Assembly (NCBI GenBank): GCA_017654855.1 | Contig: CM030332.1 | Coordinates: 1,860,001 to 1,924,000, forward strand | DNA length: 64,000 bases | Source of the DNA: Podospora anserina | Lineage: Eukaryota | Reading direction: 5' to 3' | Shown: positions 47,666 through 61,062 of the stretch, piece after piece | Layout of the letters: every line of letters begins with the position of its first letter | Position numbering within the stretch: the first letter of the stretch is position 1 | Made by a program: the position numbers and the translations under genes | The notes under the pieces: model-generated | Told to the model about the DNA's origin: nothing | The model's input: the letters and a program-made list of their open reading frames with translations, nothing else | The model's database searches: none

Positions 47666-48807
47666 ATGTCGACGGTCAGTTTGACCATTAGCTTGGCCGC
47701 CATGTGCCTTGTATCTGGTATACAAGCGCATGTGGTGATGAACACTCCCGAATCATACGGCCTCCACGAGGGCACCCCACTCCTTCAAGTCAACCCGCTC
47801 GATGGCGTCACCTACAAGCACCCTCGTTCAACTGATAATTTCCATCACAATGGACTCACTGTCATGGAGGCTGGAAATGTCACCAACGTCAATTTTACTG
47901 GCGGCGCTCAACACGGAGGCGGCTCATGCCAGTTCAGCATCACGTACGATACTCCCGACAATGGACAGTTGAACGAGAAGACAAGGTTCAAGACTATATA
48001 CACCATCATCGGGTGCTGTCCGGCGCAGTTTACGAATGAGATGGCAAACCTACCTGCGCCATATCATGATGCTGAGCAACGACTAGACACTGAGCATTGT
48101 GGTAATGACACTGAATTTAATGGCATGAGGAATTTCCTGGTACCTTTGGCCGAAGTTGTATGTATCATGGAATTGATCGCTGAGACTATGGTTTTGACGA
48201 TATTTATAACTTGAAGAATGGTCCCGCGGTGTTTGCCTCATCAGCTACCCTTGTTATCGTCTCTTCAACGGTATTTCCGACTTTTACTCTGGTTTTGTCT
48301 GTCAATGTCACTCACTCCCTCTCTTCTACGGTGACGCTAGGGACTGGAACCACCACTATCGGAGTACCATCCATAACGCCAACAAATACGGTCACAGTCT
48401 CATCTACTGGCGAAGTCTGCGAACCCGATACCTCTACACCAGCAGTCACCAACACAGCCCCTTCAACCCCCGCCACCCCCGGAGGAAACTACACCGCCAG
48501 TAGCCACCACCTCAACCAAAAAGCCCGGAATCACTCCTATATTCCCCATCGAAGACACGACGCTCACAACCTCGACTCTCTCAACCACACCCCTCCCGCT
48601 CGCTACGGCTCCACTGCCAGGATCAATCCAGATGCCCAAGCCAGCGGCCAACGCGGTCCCGTGCACAAAGCAAGAGCGAGGAGGAGGAGGCTTCGTTCCT
48701 TTGGTGAAGTTTTGGGAACGATAAGGGAGTATAAAATCATGATGGGACAGTTGGTAATACGCTTGGACAGTACAATTTTTTTGGAGATTGTAATTATAGC
48801 TGATTAG
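47666..48807 (+). pseudogene. AA11-type lytic polysaccharide monooxygenase pseudogene
   Basis: 21-aa signal peptide, then His1 (HVVMNTP, CAT at 47729) and GGAQHGGGSCQFSITYD. Disrupted by a frameshift near 48149, a dead intron acceptor at 48209 and loss of sequence after LKNGPAVFA (48237). A Ser/Thr-rich tail follows; the 3' end is approximate. Confidence 0.8.
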
Positions 48808-48962
48808 GTCGCAATATCACAGTTTTGTGTTTAAAATTTGCTAGAGGTGTTATCATTATCTTTGGTGAACCGAGCTTCAAATTAAAAGGCAAGTCAGCCT
48901 CCTACCTACTTATCCTTTATGGCTGATTTATGAACTATCATTTGAAGCCTATCGGCAAGATA

Positions 48963-50387
48963 TCATCGAGGAAGACTACGCTCACATGTTGGCGTGGGGT
49001 CATTTCGTTGAGGTCCATGCTCATGCCCTACTTGTGCAGCAACAAGAGCAGCATACTCCGTCATACCCACGCTCCCATCCCTCAACCCAGCCCTAACTCG
49101 GAAAGAATCAGGGTGATATCGTGCAAGATCAGTGTCAAGCTTCACCGCGGGCAGTTCAACCTGCTCAGAGTCCTCCGAATCACCCGACGAGGTCACGGTA
49201 GTTAGACTCACGTGGTGCTCTTTACCCTTGCCCTTACCTTCTTGCTCGGGCACAACAGAGGTAACATACAACCACCTGTTCCCCGTCCAGACCTTTGTCT
49301 GCCTCAACTCCCGCTCATCAGAGGCCACCTCCCTCAACAACCCCAACGCCAACATCAACCCGACACCCTCCCACCAAACCCCCGTAAACGGCACCCAAAA
49401 CTCCTCCCTTGCAACTATCCCCCCCCTCAAATCCCACTCCTTCCCCAACCCTCCATCCTCCCTCATCCGTCGCAAAATCCACAAAATCCCCAACCCGCAC
49501 CGCCTCAACCTCTCCTCCTCCTCCAGCGTTTTATTTCCTTCGCGAAAACACCCCCCCCACCCAGCACACAAATCCTCCAACAACCCCCTCAAACTAACAA
49601 CCCACACCCCCGTCCTCAGTATCCCCTCCCTCCAACCTCTGAACTGTTCCACTCTATTCACCCCAAGCGGGCTCACCCGTCCCAGCCTCTCAAACATCTC
49701 TCGAGTCACAGTCCTGATCTTTACCGCCCTAATCTTCCCCTCTATTCCTACCCCGATCATGCCAGGACAAGAAGGGATCAAGACACAATGCGGACTGGCC
49801 GCCGCCCACGATTTGATAACCGGCACGTCGTCGTCCGTGCAAGAGATGGAGACATGTCGGGGTAGGTAGTTTACGTGGGGGGGGACGTAACCCCATATCG
49901 CCATCGCGGCCGTCCCGGTGACCATGTACCGCGTGTGAGAGAGGATATGATGTAGCATGTCCAGTGTTTTCTTCAGGGTGGGGATGGACATGACCGATTG
50001 GGAAAGTCTAGGGGGGGAGGAGGGGGGTCGTCTTGTTGGTGCTGGAGGGTGGTTTCTCACCTGCTGTTGAGACTCTGAGGCAGTCGCTGTCGCTGTCGTG
50101 CCCCAAGGCGTGGTGGGGAGTGACTTTCTGTTCTGACGACCAGCATCAGTGACATTTGGTCCCCATGTCTTCTTCGACACTCTAGCACGGTTCCGCTTGA
50201 TACGAGATCTCGAGTTTGATGGCTCTGGATCTGGCTCCGCCTGGGACTTCTCCTTGCCCGCAAAATCTCTAACAACTGCTTCTAGTTCCGACGGCGTGTA
50301 GCTGCGATCGTCACTAATGTCACAGTTCCCAGCAAAGCAGAGAAGATGGCACATTATCTTTGTGAGAAAAGTCCGGAAAGGCGCCAT
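48963..50387 (-). CDS. Hypothetical protein (about 474 aa), possible degenerate nucleotidyltransferase-like fold
   Basis: Long ORF with low-complexity N-terminus and globular centre LHHILSHTRYMVTGTAAMAIWGY..PRHVSISC. Start uncertain (ATG 50387 chosen; 50468 also in frame). Confidence 0.7.
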   Translation of the reverse strand: MAPFRTFLTKIMCHLLCFAGNCDISDDRSYTPSELEAVVRDFAGKEKSQAEPDPEPSNSRSRIKRNRARVSKKTWGPNVTDAGRQNRKSLPTTPWGTTATATASESQQQVRNHPPAPTRRPPSSPPRLSQSVMSIPTLKKTLDMLHHILSHTRYMVTGTAAMAIWGYVPPHVNYLPRHVSISCTDDDVPVIKSWAAASPHCVLIPSCPGMIGVGIEGKIRAVKIRTVTREMFERLGRVSPLGVNRVEQFRGWREGILRTGVWVVSLRGLLEDLCAGWGGCFREGNKTLEEEERLRRCGLGILWILRRMREDGGLGKEWDLRGGIVAREEFWVPFTGVWWEGVGLMLALGLLREVASDERELRQTKVWTGNRWLYVTSVVPEQEGKGKGKEHHVSLTTVTSSGDSEDSEQVELPAVKLDTDLARYHPDSFRVRAGLRDGSVGMTEYAALVAAQVGHEHGPQRNDPTPTCERSLPR

Positions 50388-50809
50388 CTTGAAGTCTGAA
50401 AGAAGTATGCCAGCGTACTTCCCATGTCTGGTACCCATTTGTTCAAATACCTCTAATAATCTGCACATATAAGAGGAAAATTACTCCCAACGCACATATT
50501 CTGCCAGCAGCTTCTCAAGACAAGTCCATTGTTCACCGGTCTGGCTTGTTCTGGATAGCCTGCACACAAAGCTCCGACCGTCGAGGCACCACTCGAAAAC
50601 CCACCGTCCAGAGGAACAAAGAAAAAAACACATCGGTGGCTATTGCTGGTTTCGTCTCGTCAATGTACCCGGAGGACCAAATGAATCTCTTTTTACGCTG
50701 CTACCTGTCTAGCGTGATGAGTTGCCCTTGCCCGCCTAACGCCTAATCATACAGCGAACGCCCCGAAAAACTGCCCGCCGAAGGGGTATGTAGAATTAGT
50801 CGTCAATGT

Positions 50810-51974
50810 TCAAAGTTCATCCTCCACATCCATTTCGTCCCCATTCGCTTTGCCATTGGCACCTGGAGTGTCCTTCTTTGGCATCGTCGCCTCCTTGTCG
50901 ATCATCTGCCTTGACACCGCCACGATGTTGTCCTCGATCAGCTGTTGTCCGACATCTTCCAAATGCTTCTTGGGGTCCAGCTTGCCGACATAGCGCGTCT
51001 TAAGCTGCTCCTTGGTGAGCTCTGTCTCCTCCTTGACCCTCTTCTCGTATCCCTCTGCAAGACTGACTAGGCGCTCGAGACGATCCTTTGTTCGTTGACC
51101 CTCGCAATGGAAGTCCTCCATCTGAAGCGCCTCTGTCCACTCTTGCTTGTGTAGGTTCATCAACATATTCTCCTCGAGGGCCGTCTTTCTGTAGTTGATG
51201 CCGATCGAGTAGTAGTGGCGGTTAAGGCCGTGGATAAGCGCTTGAATAGAGGGCTTGTTCAGATGGCCCAAATTGGAAGTGCTTTGCCGGGGTTCCTGTC
51301 CCATGATAAGGGACTGTGGGTTGATCAAACGGAAGGCGTCGATGACGACCTTGCCCTTGACCGACTGGATTGGATCGACGACCACGGCAACAGCACGCGG
51401 GGTCAGCTGCTCAAAACTCTGCTGGGTATTGATATCGACAGACGAGAGCCAGCACCCGAAACCGGGATGCGAATGGTACCAGCCGACAACCGACTCGGGC
51501 CTGTTTGAGGGTGGACTGTTAGTCTTGGTCCGCCGCTTGCATCAGCACCAGTGATTGTCCCTACCTTCCTGTTTGCCGAAGCATGTCCATCATCTTGGTC
51601 TGGAACACCGGGTCGACGGCCTCCACACTAACACCAGTACCGCTCTGAGGCATCGCAAACACATCGACGACACGAACTGTGAAATCGTCGACAAATTCGC
51701 CCAGCATTAGACCCATGACTTCCATAGGGACGCCGGCGCGGCCGTGGCGAAGCATTTTGAGGAGGGCGAGGGACGAGATGTAAACGGTCTCGGAGTTATC
51801 GATGAGATTGGTATTATCCTAAGCACTTGATATTAACATCTCGGTGTTTACACATGTGTGGCCAGCCAGGTATGCTGCAGTGGGTAGCTCTGCGGTTGGT
51901 GGAGGACCTACTGTCCCAGGAGCAGCTCCCATGCCCATGCCAGGGCCAGCGAACATGGTTCTCAATCGGTCCAT
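50810..51974 (-). CDS. RPN11: 26S proteasome lid deubiquitinase Rpn11
   Basis: [35 protein letters not shown] motif [33 protein letters not shown]. Introns 51911-51819 and 51564-51501. Confidence 0.97.
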
Positions 51975-52969
51975 TTCAGCTGCTTTGATGTTTGGGAATT
52001 ACTATTTGAAGTGTGAGAAAGGGAAGACAGGTTGGTGCAACCCCGTAGCGAAACAGCAGAATGGTTGGTGGAGGTCGTGGTCGGAATGGCTGGAAAGTTG
52101 GTGATGTAGTTGGGAGAGAGCTGATGTCCATCAGCCGCCTACAGCTTGCCCACCAAGGCGCGCTGTGGTTGACGAAAGCTCTGGCAGCCTGCGCTAGCTT
52201 ACCTAATGCACTGACCGCTATGAGCCGGGGGTTGCTACTGTTTATCGATAAGATCATTTCACCCGTCGTATCACATGCCCCACACGACCCCTTGTCGCTT
52301 GTACTATTTCAGCCTTGCATATACCTCTGCCACGGTTATTAATGTTAGTGCGACAGGGGTCTTTGGTGGAAGTTGCACTGGCCGCACTAACATTTACTTC
52401 GCCTGCGGAATTGCATGCCACTTCCAGACCTTACCTTATCCAACCATGGCTCACAAAAGAGCTGAGGTAATCTGAGCTAAACATTCGCACCCTTGCACCC
52501 CAGCCACAGCGCCGCCAAGATGGATCCACTAACCTCAGCCTTGTCGAATCTGCGGGAGCCACGGCGGCGGCGTGGAATTGGTGAATTGCCTTCCTCGCTG
52601 GTCGCGGCAGCTCATGGCCTTTCCGCAGAACATCAACTTTTCCCCCACACACAAAACGGCGGCGCTGACTTTGATTCTCCTACCTTTTTGTTGAGCCACG
52701 GCAGCGAAAGAACCTACATCAAATACGAAGACGATACTCGTATCAATCTTCTCAACTGGCCCTCTCACCCTGGCCGCGCGAAGCTTGACTGGGACTCGAG
52801 CCGCGACCCAGATCCCGGCTTCGAACCCATTCCTTTCTGCCCACCGCTGCTGAGCCCGATCCGGTTTTTGCCTTCTTCACGAGAGCACGAGCATCACGAA
52901 CTTGACGAGCTTTGCGAAACGAAGGAAACCCCCCCGCAACACACATTCTCATCCATTCGCTTTGCAACA

Positions 52970-55066
52970 ATGTCGAATTCCAACTCGACCGACCCAGCGG
53001 GTGTCGAGAGGACCAGGCCCCTCTTCGAGGTGGTCAAGAATGACAAGAAAAGGGTTGCTTACTTCTACGACTCCGACATTGGCAACTATGCCTACGTTAC
53101 AGGCCACCCCATGAAACCGCACCGGATACGTTTGGCGCACTCTTTGGTGATGAACTACAACGTCTACAAGTTTCTCGAGATTTACGTAAGTTTTCTCCCT
53201 CATTTGAGCGACAAACCGGAAGTCCCAAGTTGCTCCTGCTTCTCTCGAAAAGATGCTGACAGCCACAGCGTGCGAAACCAGCTGTCACGAGCGAGATGAC
53301 ACAATTCCACACAGACGAGTATATCGAGTTTCTGCAAAAAGTTACTCCCGACAACATGGACTCCTTTATGAGAGAACAAGGCAAATACAATGTCGGGGAC
53401 GATTGCCCAGTATTCGATGGACTCTTTGAGTTTTGCGGCATCAGCGCTGGCGGTTCCATGGAAGGCGCGGCAAGGTTGAACAGAGAAAAGTGCGACATCG
53501 CAATCAACTGGGCGGGTGGCCTGCATCACGCGAAAAAAAGCGAGGCTAGCGGCTTCTGCTATGTCAATGGTGAGTCCATGCAGCTGTCGAGCCTCGCCAA
53601 TGACAGAACCTAACATTGGTTTGCAGATATCGTGCTTGCGATCCTCGAGCTGCTCCGGTTCAAAAAGCGTGTTCTGTACATCGACATCGACGTTCACCAT
53701 GGTGACGGTGTCGAGGAGGCCTTCTACACCACTGACCGTGTCATGACGGTTTCATTCCACAAGTACGGAGAATACTTTCCTGGTACTGGCGAGCTTAGGG
53801 ACATTGGCATTGGCACCGGCAAGCATTACGCCGTTAATTTCCCTCTTCGCGACGGCATCGACGACGTCGCGTATGAAACCATCTTTGAGCCCGTGATCAC
53901 GAACGTGATGCAATATTACCAACCTGAGGCTGTGGTCCTTCAGTGCGGCGGAGACTCTCTCTCTGGTGATCGTCTCGGCTGCTTCAACCTCAGTATGCGC
54001 GGACATGCGAACTGCGTCAACTTTGTTCGCGGCTTCAACTTGCCAACTCTGGTTCTCGGAGGCGGTGGGTACACCATGCGCAACGTCGCCCGCACATGGG
54101 CTTACGAGACGGGCCGCTTGGTCGGCGTTGAGATGGATCGAGTACTGCCATTTAATGAATATTACGAGGTAAGTACACGTACTGAAGTGCTCTTTACTTT
54201 GCCAGCTTCCTAACCCGGTATAGTACTACGGTCCGGATTACGAGCTGGATGTGCGAAATTCCAATATGGAAAACGCAAACAGCTACGAATACCTGGAGAA
54301 GATCAAGATTCAGGTCATCGAGAATCTAAAACGCACAGCCCCTGTCCCTTCCGTCCAGATGCAGGATGTACCGCGCCAGTCAATGGGTGTCTCTGATGAC
54401 CAAGACGACGAGATGGATGACCTGGACGAAGATGAGAACAAGGACGTCCGCATGACCCAGCGGCAGTGGGAGAAGCGTGTTGAGCGCCAAGATGAGTACG
54501 AAGACTCGGACGATGAGGATATGGCAGCTGCCAACGGAGTCTTCAAGCTCAATGGGAGGACCCGACAAGAGACCAACTTCCGCGATACCAAGGAAGACGA
54601 CACCATGGAGGTCGACAGTGGAGTCGCCACACCCGCTGAGCAGCCAGTTGAGATTACCGAAAACGATGATACTATGATCGACGAGGCCCTCGCCGAAATC
54701 GCAGCGGAAGCGGAAGCGGAAGCACAAGTCAAGGAGCCTGCTGCTACTGAGACAGCACCTGAGGCTCCAACAGCAGCGGTTGACGGCGACGGTGACGTGG
54801 ATATGGGAGAGGTTACAGAAAGCAAGGCGGCCGAAACAGTGATCAAGACCGAAGATGTCGAAGAGCCTGTGCCTGCCAAGCAGGACGACAGCCAGTCTAC
54901 GGCTGTGGTATCGCCAAAGAAGACCACGGAGGTGGCAGCTCAGCCATCACGCACATCCAAGTCGCCAGAGCCAGCTGTTGCCGCCGACAAACAAACCGAG
55001 AGCGTGCCAGAGGCCAGCGAGGTGGTGCCACCGACAACCACTCAGGACAATACGACCAATAGTTAG
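52970..55066 (+). CDS. RPD3: Class I histone deacetylase Rpd3
   Basis: [53 protein letters not shown], acidic tail. Introns 53186-53268, 53570-53626, 54169-54223. Confidence 0.97.
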
Positions 55067-55770
55067 GTAACCCGCTGGTTGCATGACCTGTAGTGTAATG
55101 GCTTGTGCCAAGGCGTTCTGGAGCTCATGAATTATTGGTTTTGGATGGGTGGTTTGTTTTCGTCACGGGGAAAGGTGTTTTGAGGTGGCCATTCTATAGT
55201 ACCCCTATCGTGCGTTTTATACCTGGGAGAGAGGCAAAAAGCCGGCGGTACATCTTGATGCATTCACAGAGTTATGGGTTGTTTTTCGCATCAGCGCCAC
55301 GAAGTAGCCTCACGATTGCTATATTTTTTGGAATCTCCCAATTCTAGTCTTCACTCTGGATCGCACATGTTCTGCTATCTTGTCGTGTTTCTTTTTGTTT
55401 CTTGACGTGGTCCTTTGCACATCACTGTCTCAGCTTCACCGCATGTTGTTGTCAGCGGGGTGATGTGTTGCTCAAGATAAGGTCAATTGTCTTGTTCCTT
55501 GGAGAAGATCCCGCTGCCAAGCATTTCCCCAAACTCCCCGGCTTCCTTCCTTGTGGAACACGATCTGCGGGTCGTCATGCAGCCCTGCATGCTGCTCCCA
55601 CAGGGTTCTGACTGACCCTCTGGGGATTCCTGCAGCATGTAGCAGAGGAGGGGCAGTCACTTATCTTTTGGGGAGCATGAGGAGGGCCTTGCCCACCTCT
55701 GATTTCCCATCTTCCCTATCTCTGAATCGCTAGAAGGAATGGAGCGATCAGAGTCTGCTCTTACACGACG

Positions 55771-57767
55771 ATGACGATGGGCGTTAAAGCTTCAGGGGCT
55801 TTCAGGGGCTACCCTTGGAGCACCCACTGGGCCTTATCGGTATCGCGAGCACTACTCCCACGGCATCAACACCTGCGCGGCTTCCTGACGGGTGCCTGCA
55901 TGGCGGGCTTGGTACTGGGGCTTGTTGTGTTGCTACAACTACATGGCTCATTTAATGATTTCTTGTGGCCGTTTTGGAAGAGCAACACCAACGGCAGCGA
56001 TGGAAAGCCTACTGAACCGCCGCCTACTTTCCGCTGGGCTGATATCACACCAAGTCCAACTCTGACTTGGCATCAGTGTTACTCTCCCGACCATGACTGT
56101 GCGCGTCTGGATGTGCCGATGGACTGGCAGTCTCCGTCGGACTCGGCCAGAGTTGTGCTTGCTATCATCAGACTTCGCGCAGTAGCAACGTCCGCGTCAA
56201 AGAATAAGACGGATTATCGAGGGCCGGTGTTCTTCAACCCTGGGGGGCCGGGGGGATCGGGCATTTGGTCAATGCTGGATCATGGCAGAGAGCTGCAAGC
56301 TATACTGGGCAAGGAACAGTACGATCTTGTTTCGTTCGATCCTAGAGGGGTAGGGAACTCTGTCCCCAGGATCGAATGCTGGAGTCAGCAGCAGGATAGA
56401 GGGGTGTGGGATCTGCAGAACAGTGTGCTCGGGACGGTGGATGCTCATCCGGGGGTGGTGTATGATGCGTATGCTCGCGCGCAGGCTTTCAGTCAAGTTT
56501 GTGAGAACAATCCTGACTTGGCAGGGGAGGATGGGATCCTCAGGCATAGCAGCACCGTGTATCATGCCCGGGACATGCTCGAGATACTGGAACAGATGGG
56601 GGAGGAGAAGCTCAAGTACTGGGGGTTTAGCTACGGAACCGTTCTCGGCGGTACCTTTGCCGCCCTGTGGCCTCACAGAATAGAAAGAATGGTCAACGAC
56701 GGTATGCCTCCCTCACACTCTCCTATCACCAGCCCAATGCTGACCTTGTTCAAGGGAACGTCGACTACGTCGAATGGTACCAAGGAGGCTACATCAACTT
56801 TCTCCACGACGCCGACGCAGTAATGGAAGCCTTCTTCACCCACTGCCACCGCGTCGGCCCCCTCCGCTGCCCCTTTTACTCCCCCACCCCCTCCCAAACA
56901 AAATCCCGGCTCTTCTCCCTCCTCACCTCCCTCCGCGAATCCCCCATCCTGGTCACCCCCCCGCCTTCCAACCTCACCTTTTCCCAACAACCCCCAGAGA
57001 TAATAACCTACTCCAGAATCCTCCACCTCCTCTCCACAGCCCTCTACCAACCCCACCTCCGCTTCCCCCTCATCGCCCCCGTCCTCTCCGCCCTCGAGTC
57101 CCGCAACGGCCTCCCCTACCTCGCCTACACCTCCCCAGCCAACAACACCTCCCCCTCCACCCCGTTATGCCTTTCCGAGTCCCTCCCCCCATCCACCCCG
57201 CTCCCCTCCCCAAGCGAAGGAACACCAGACGCCTTCCCAGCAATAATGTGCTCCGACGCCTCCAACCACCCTCTAACCCCTTCCGAATTCGCGGCGTACG
57301 CCCTCATCCTCCAAAACATCTCCTACTCCGCCGGCGCGGTCCAGTCTGAATTCCGGCTTTCCTGCATCGGGAGGACGGTCCGGCCAAAGTGGGAGCTCTC
57401 CCCGGACTTTAGCTGGTCGCAGGGTGTCAAAACGGCGTTTCCGATACTATTTGTCAATAACGATGCTGATAATGTTACGCCTTTGGTCTCGGCGAGGAAT
57501 AACTCGCGGGCTTTCCCCGGGTCGAGGGTGCTGGTTCAAGAGGAGGGGTATGGGCATACTAGTCTTGCGGCGGGGAGTAGGTGTACTGCTGGGTGGGTGA
57601 GGAGGTATTTTCAGCAGGGGGAGATGCCGGACGGAAAGGAGGGGTGTAAGAGTGATAGGAGGCTTTTCGACGAGGAGGAGGAAATGATGGGCCAAGAGGA
57701 TGAGCTAGGAGTGGCGGTGAGGGGGTTGAGAAAGAAGGTCAGGATTAGGCCGTTTTACTGGGGCTGA
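55771..57767 (+). CDS. TAP-like serine peptidase (alpha/beta-hydrolase, S33-like) with N-terminal TM segment
   Basis: CARLDVPMDW, FNPGGPGGSG, FDPRGVG, YWGFSYGT (Ser), DADNVTP (Asp), GYGHTS (His). Intron 56702-56754. Confidence 0.9.
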
Positions 57768-58194
57768 AGGAAAAGAGGAGAATGTCGTTGGGATGGGGTC
57801 TCTTTTTTATGAAGTCACACACGCACATATACCCCCTTGTTTGTTTTATTCCGCGTTATGATAACAATGATGATTTTTTTGTATTTTTCTTCCTCCCACC
57901 CATCTAACACACACATTACGACTATTATATCTACTTATCTCCCTCATGACGGCTCGTCAATGTCAGGTTGTTTGTCTTTATATCATATGCCTCCCAATGT
58001 AAATGCTCAGAAGCCCCCAAAATAAACGCCTTTGCCTTGTCTTCCCTTCTCAATAAACGATACCGAAGATAAAGGCTCCAAACGCCTGTTCATGTCGTAT
58101 ACGAGTCCCAAAATGGTCCCAGAGGAAAAAACAATGCTTTTGACCTGCCCCCAAAACCTACGCATGTCATCCCCCTCCCCTTATCAACACCGCC

Positions 58195-61062
58195 TTAGAA
58201 ACTGAACAATCCACTTCTCCGCTTTCCGAAAGGATAAACCAGCAACGCACTCAAACTCAACCCTACAGAGATGTTGATCGCAACCTGAATAACGCTGAAC
58301 AGCACGTTGAAAGCAGTGCTGTTCAAATCCGCCACCTCTTCCGTTGTCGTAAACGTCCCGTTGACAACAGTCCCGTTCGCCAAAATTGTCTCGTTACGAA
58401 CAATCTGGTTGGCGCTAGCAACGCCGCTCAACAAAGACCCGTTCACGGCCAGGCCTCCGGGCACTTGGACAAAGATGGCAGGCAACATGGCCGCCGCGGC
58501 AAGACCGTACCCAACTTTGCGAGCATGCTTGGTAATACCGGCTGTGATGCCCTCGGTGGAAAAAGTCGGGGGTCCGTTCTCGAGGTCTCGCTCCTTCTCT
58601 CGCTCTGCAGCGGCTTTGGGATCAGACTCATCTGAATCCATGGCTGTCGATGATTGGTAATACGGGGACGGATAAGGTCCTCTCTTGACACGTCTCCGAA
58701 AGCGGCTCCAGCCTGGTTGGATCGTCCTCTCCCAGACATCGAGCATGTAGTTCTCAAAGTATCGTCCAAGGCGAGAGTAAAGGTTGGCGAGGACACCAAT
58801 GGTCAGAGCACCGAGCGAACTGGAAACAACCGAATTGCCTTTGAAGAAGCGGGAAGAGTAATTGTTGACGAGGTAACCGGCGACCGAGATGATCACTTGG
58901 ACTGTTGAAAACAATCGGTATTAGTATTGCGGACTTTGCAGAAGAAAAAGAGGGGAAAACATACCAGGTGTTTGCTTCCACTTCGCTTGATTGATCGCAC
59001 ACAGGCAAAGCGTGAAGGGAATGACAAACAAAACGTAATAATCGGGCGACGGTCGTTGGAGGTACCACTCCTCGCCAACTGAGCAGTGAATGGCGCTCGA
59101 GGCATTCTCGTCCATGTAGCCATAGATAACGGACCCTATGGTTATACCGTAGCCTAGGAAGAGCGTGTAGATGAGCGCGTACACCATTCGAACAGAACCC
59201 GAGATCATCTGGTGGTTTTGGAGCTCCAGACTTGCGCAGAGGATCATGTAACCAGGGAGAATCAGAGCAATCGAGGCCTGGGCAAGGGAGGAGAAGCAGA
59301 AGAGCGTTCCACCTCTGATCGAACCAAAGGCTCGAGCCAAGCACGAAGTCAGAATAGCTGCCGTGATTTCGAAGACATTGGCATAGAGCTCATTGGATGG
59401 CGCCAGGTAGAGCTGGAGGAAACCAACCACGCAGCCGAGGATGAAGCAGATGGGCAAGTCGATGTACCGGCCCTCGAAACCGAAAGGAGCCACTGCTGCT
59501 GACGCTACCCCAGAGAGCAGGATCCGGAACCAGATGGGGAACTTCTCGTTACGCTTGTTCACCTCGTCGAGTCGGGTAGTAGCCTCATCGACTCCGATTC
59601 GATCATGGACAACCTCCTTGTAGATCTCGTGGACATCGCGCAGGCGACCAAAGTCCAAGCCCTGATTAGCCTTGATGATCTTGACCTCGGTAGTGTGCGT
59701 CTGACTGTCGTCGAAAGAAATCAACATGATGCCAGGCAGATACAGAAACTGGCCTTCGATGCCAAGAACGCGAGCAGACATGGCCATGTAAGCCTCGAGA
59801 CGATGGGTTGGCGCGCCATAGATCATCAAGGCGTTGCAGAGCTTGATCAGGTAGCGATGTCGATTGATGATTTCGGCGATGTGGATCTTGATCTTGTATT
59901 CGTCGACCTTCTTCTTCGACTTTGCCGTCTTCTTGTACCGTTCTTTCTCCAACTTGATCTTCTCTGAGACGGCATTTTGGATGTCCTTGTTGGTTCCGGG
60001 GGCGGCAATCATGAAAGAGGACTCCATCAGCCCAGCCAGAGTGCTGGTAGACTGTCTCTTCTTGGATCGGCGCCCCTTGTCGGGATCCGGAGTCGTAGGC
60101 CGAGACGTAGGCGGAGTGCTAGAAGGCGTGCGGTTTGGAGTTCGACTGGGTGTGCTGGGGAGGCTGGGGATTAGGAGGTCGGCGGTCGACGTCGACGCCG
60201 AGGCCGAGCCATTTTTCTCATCTGTGCCGTACAGCTTAAGAAGCGTTCCCAAGATGCCACCCTTGTACTTGTCCGGGCGGGGGATGTACTCAACATCGTG
60301 ATCAACAGGGGTTGCTGTCCCTGACCGTGGAGTGAATGAGTGCATGAGTGGGCTTTTGCGCCGGGTGTGGGTGCGAATAAGCCTGTCCGCCTCTTGATGG
60401 GCGTTTCTTCGATACCTGAGGGAGTCGTCATTGGCAGGCAAAGCGAAGTCATGCGTCTGTGCAGTGTCCGAACTCCCCAATAGGCCCTCACGATCTCGAG
60501 AAGCCTCCTCTTCCAACTCGGTAAGTTCAGCAGAGCTCCTTCCAGACGGCGGGGCTGAACCGGTGCCCACCGAATAAGCAAGCCGATCAGCCCGGTTCTT
60601 GGCTTCGATCTCGGACTGATGCTGTGTAGCGGGTGTTTCGGGAACGGCCAGAAGTGGGGTCGATTTCCGGAGGACCGGGCGGGGCTTGCTCGGGGGTACT
60701 GGACCACTCAGGTGCTCGGGCTTCAAGATCTCAGCCAGGGCGGCAGCGAGCTGCTCCCTGTTAACAGAGTCTCGATTGGCATTGTGGCCATCGGTCGGGC
60801 TTGGACTCGGTGAGGGTGAAAGGGAGAAGTAATCCCGAGCCTCTGTTTCTTGATCGGTAGGGGTAGGGGTTCCGTAATAGTACCCAGAGTGAGATGGACC
60901 AGCCGTGATCTCGCTTATAAATCCCACCTTCTTCTTCTCCTTTCCCTTGTTGGATGATGACTGTGTGTTGTTGGCGGGTTGCTCAGGAGGTGGTGACTGC
61001 GGATTCTCCTGGCTGTCGTCACCCGGCTTCGTAGGATCTTCGGGTGGGCGTGGTGCCGACAT
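58195..61062 (-). CDS. PRM10: Prm10-like / DUF1212 (ThrE family) multi-pass membrane protein
   Basis: Disordered N-terminus, ALMIYGAPTHRLE, ILPGYMILCASLEL..GSVRM, LANLYSR, LPAIFVQVPGGL, terminal KRRSGLFSF. Intron 58964-58902. Confidence 0.88.

Noticed and set aside
49132-49869. 245-aa and 217-aa Pro/Ser-rich (+) ORFs
   Set aside because: Antisense shadows of the G-rich 3' half of the minus-strand gene at 48963-50387.
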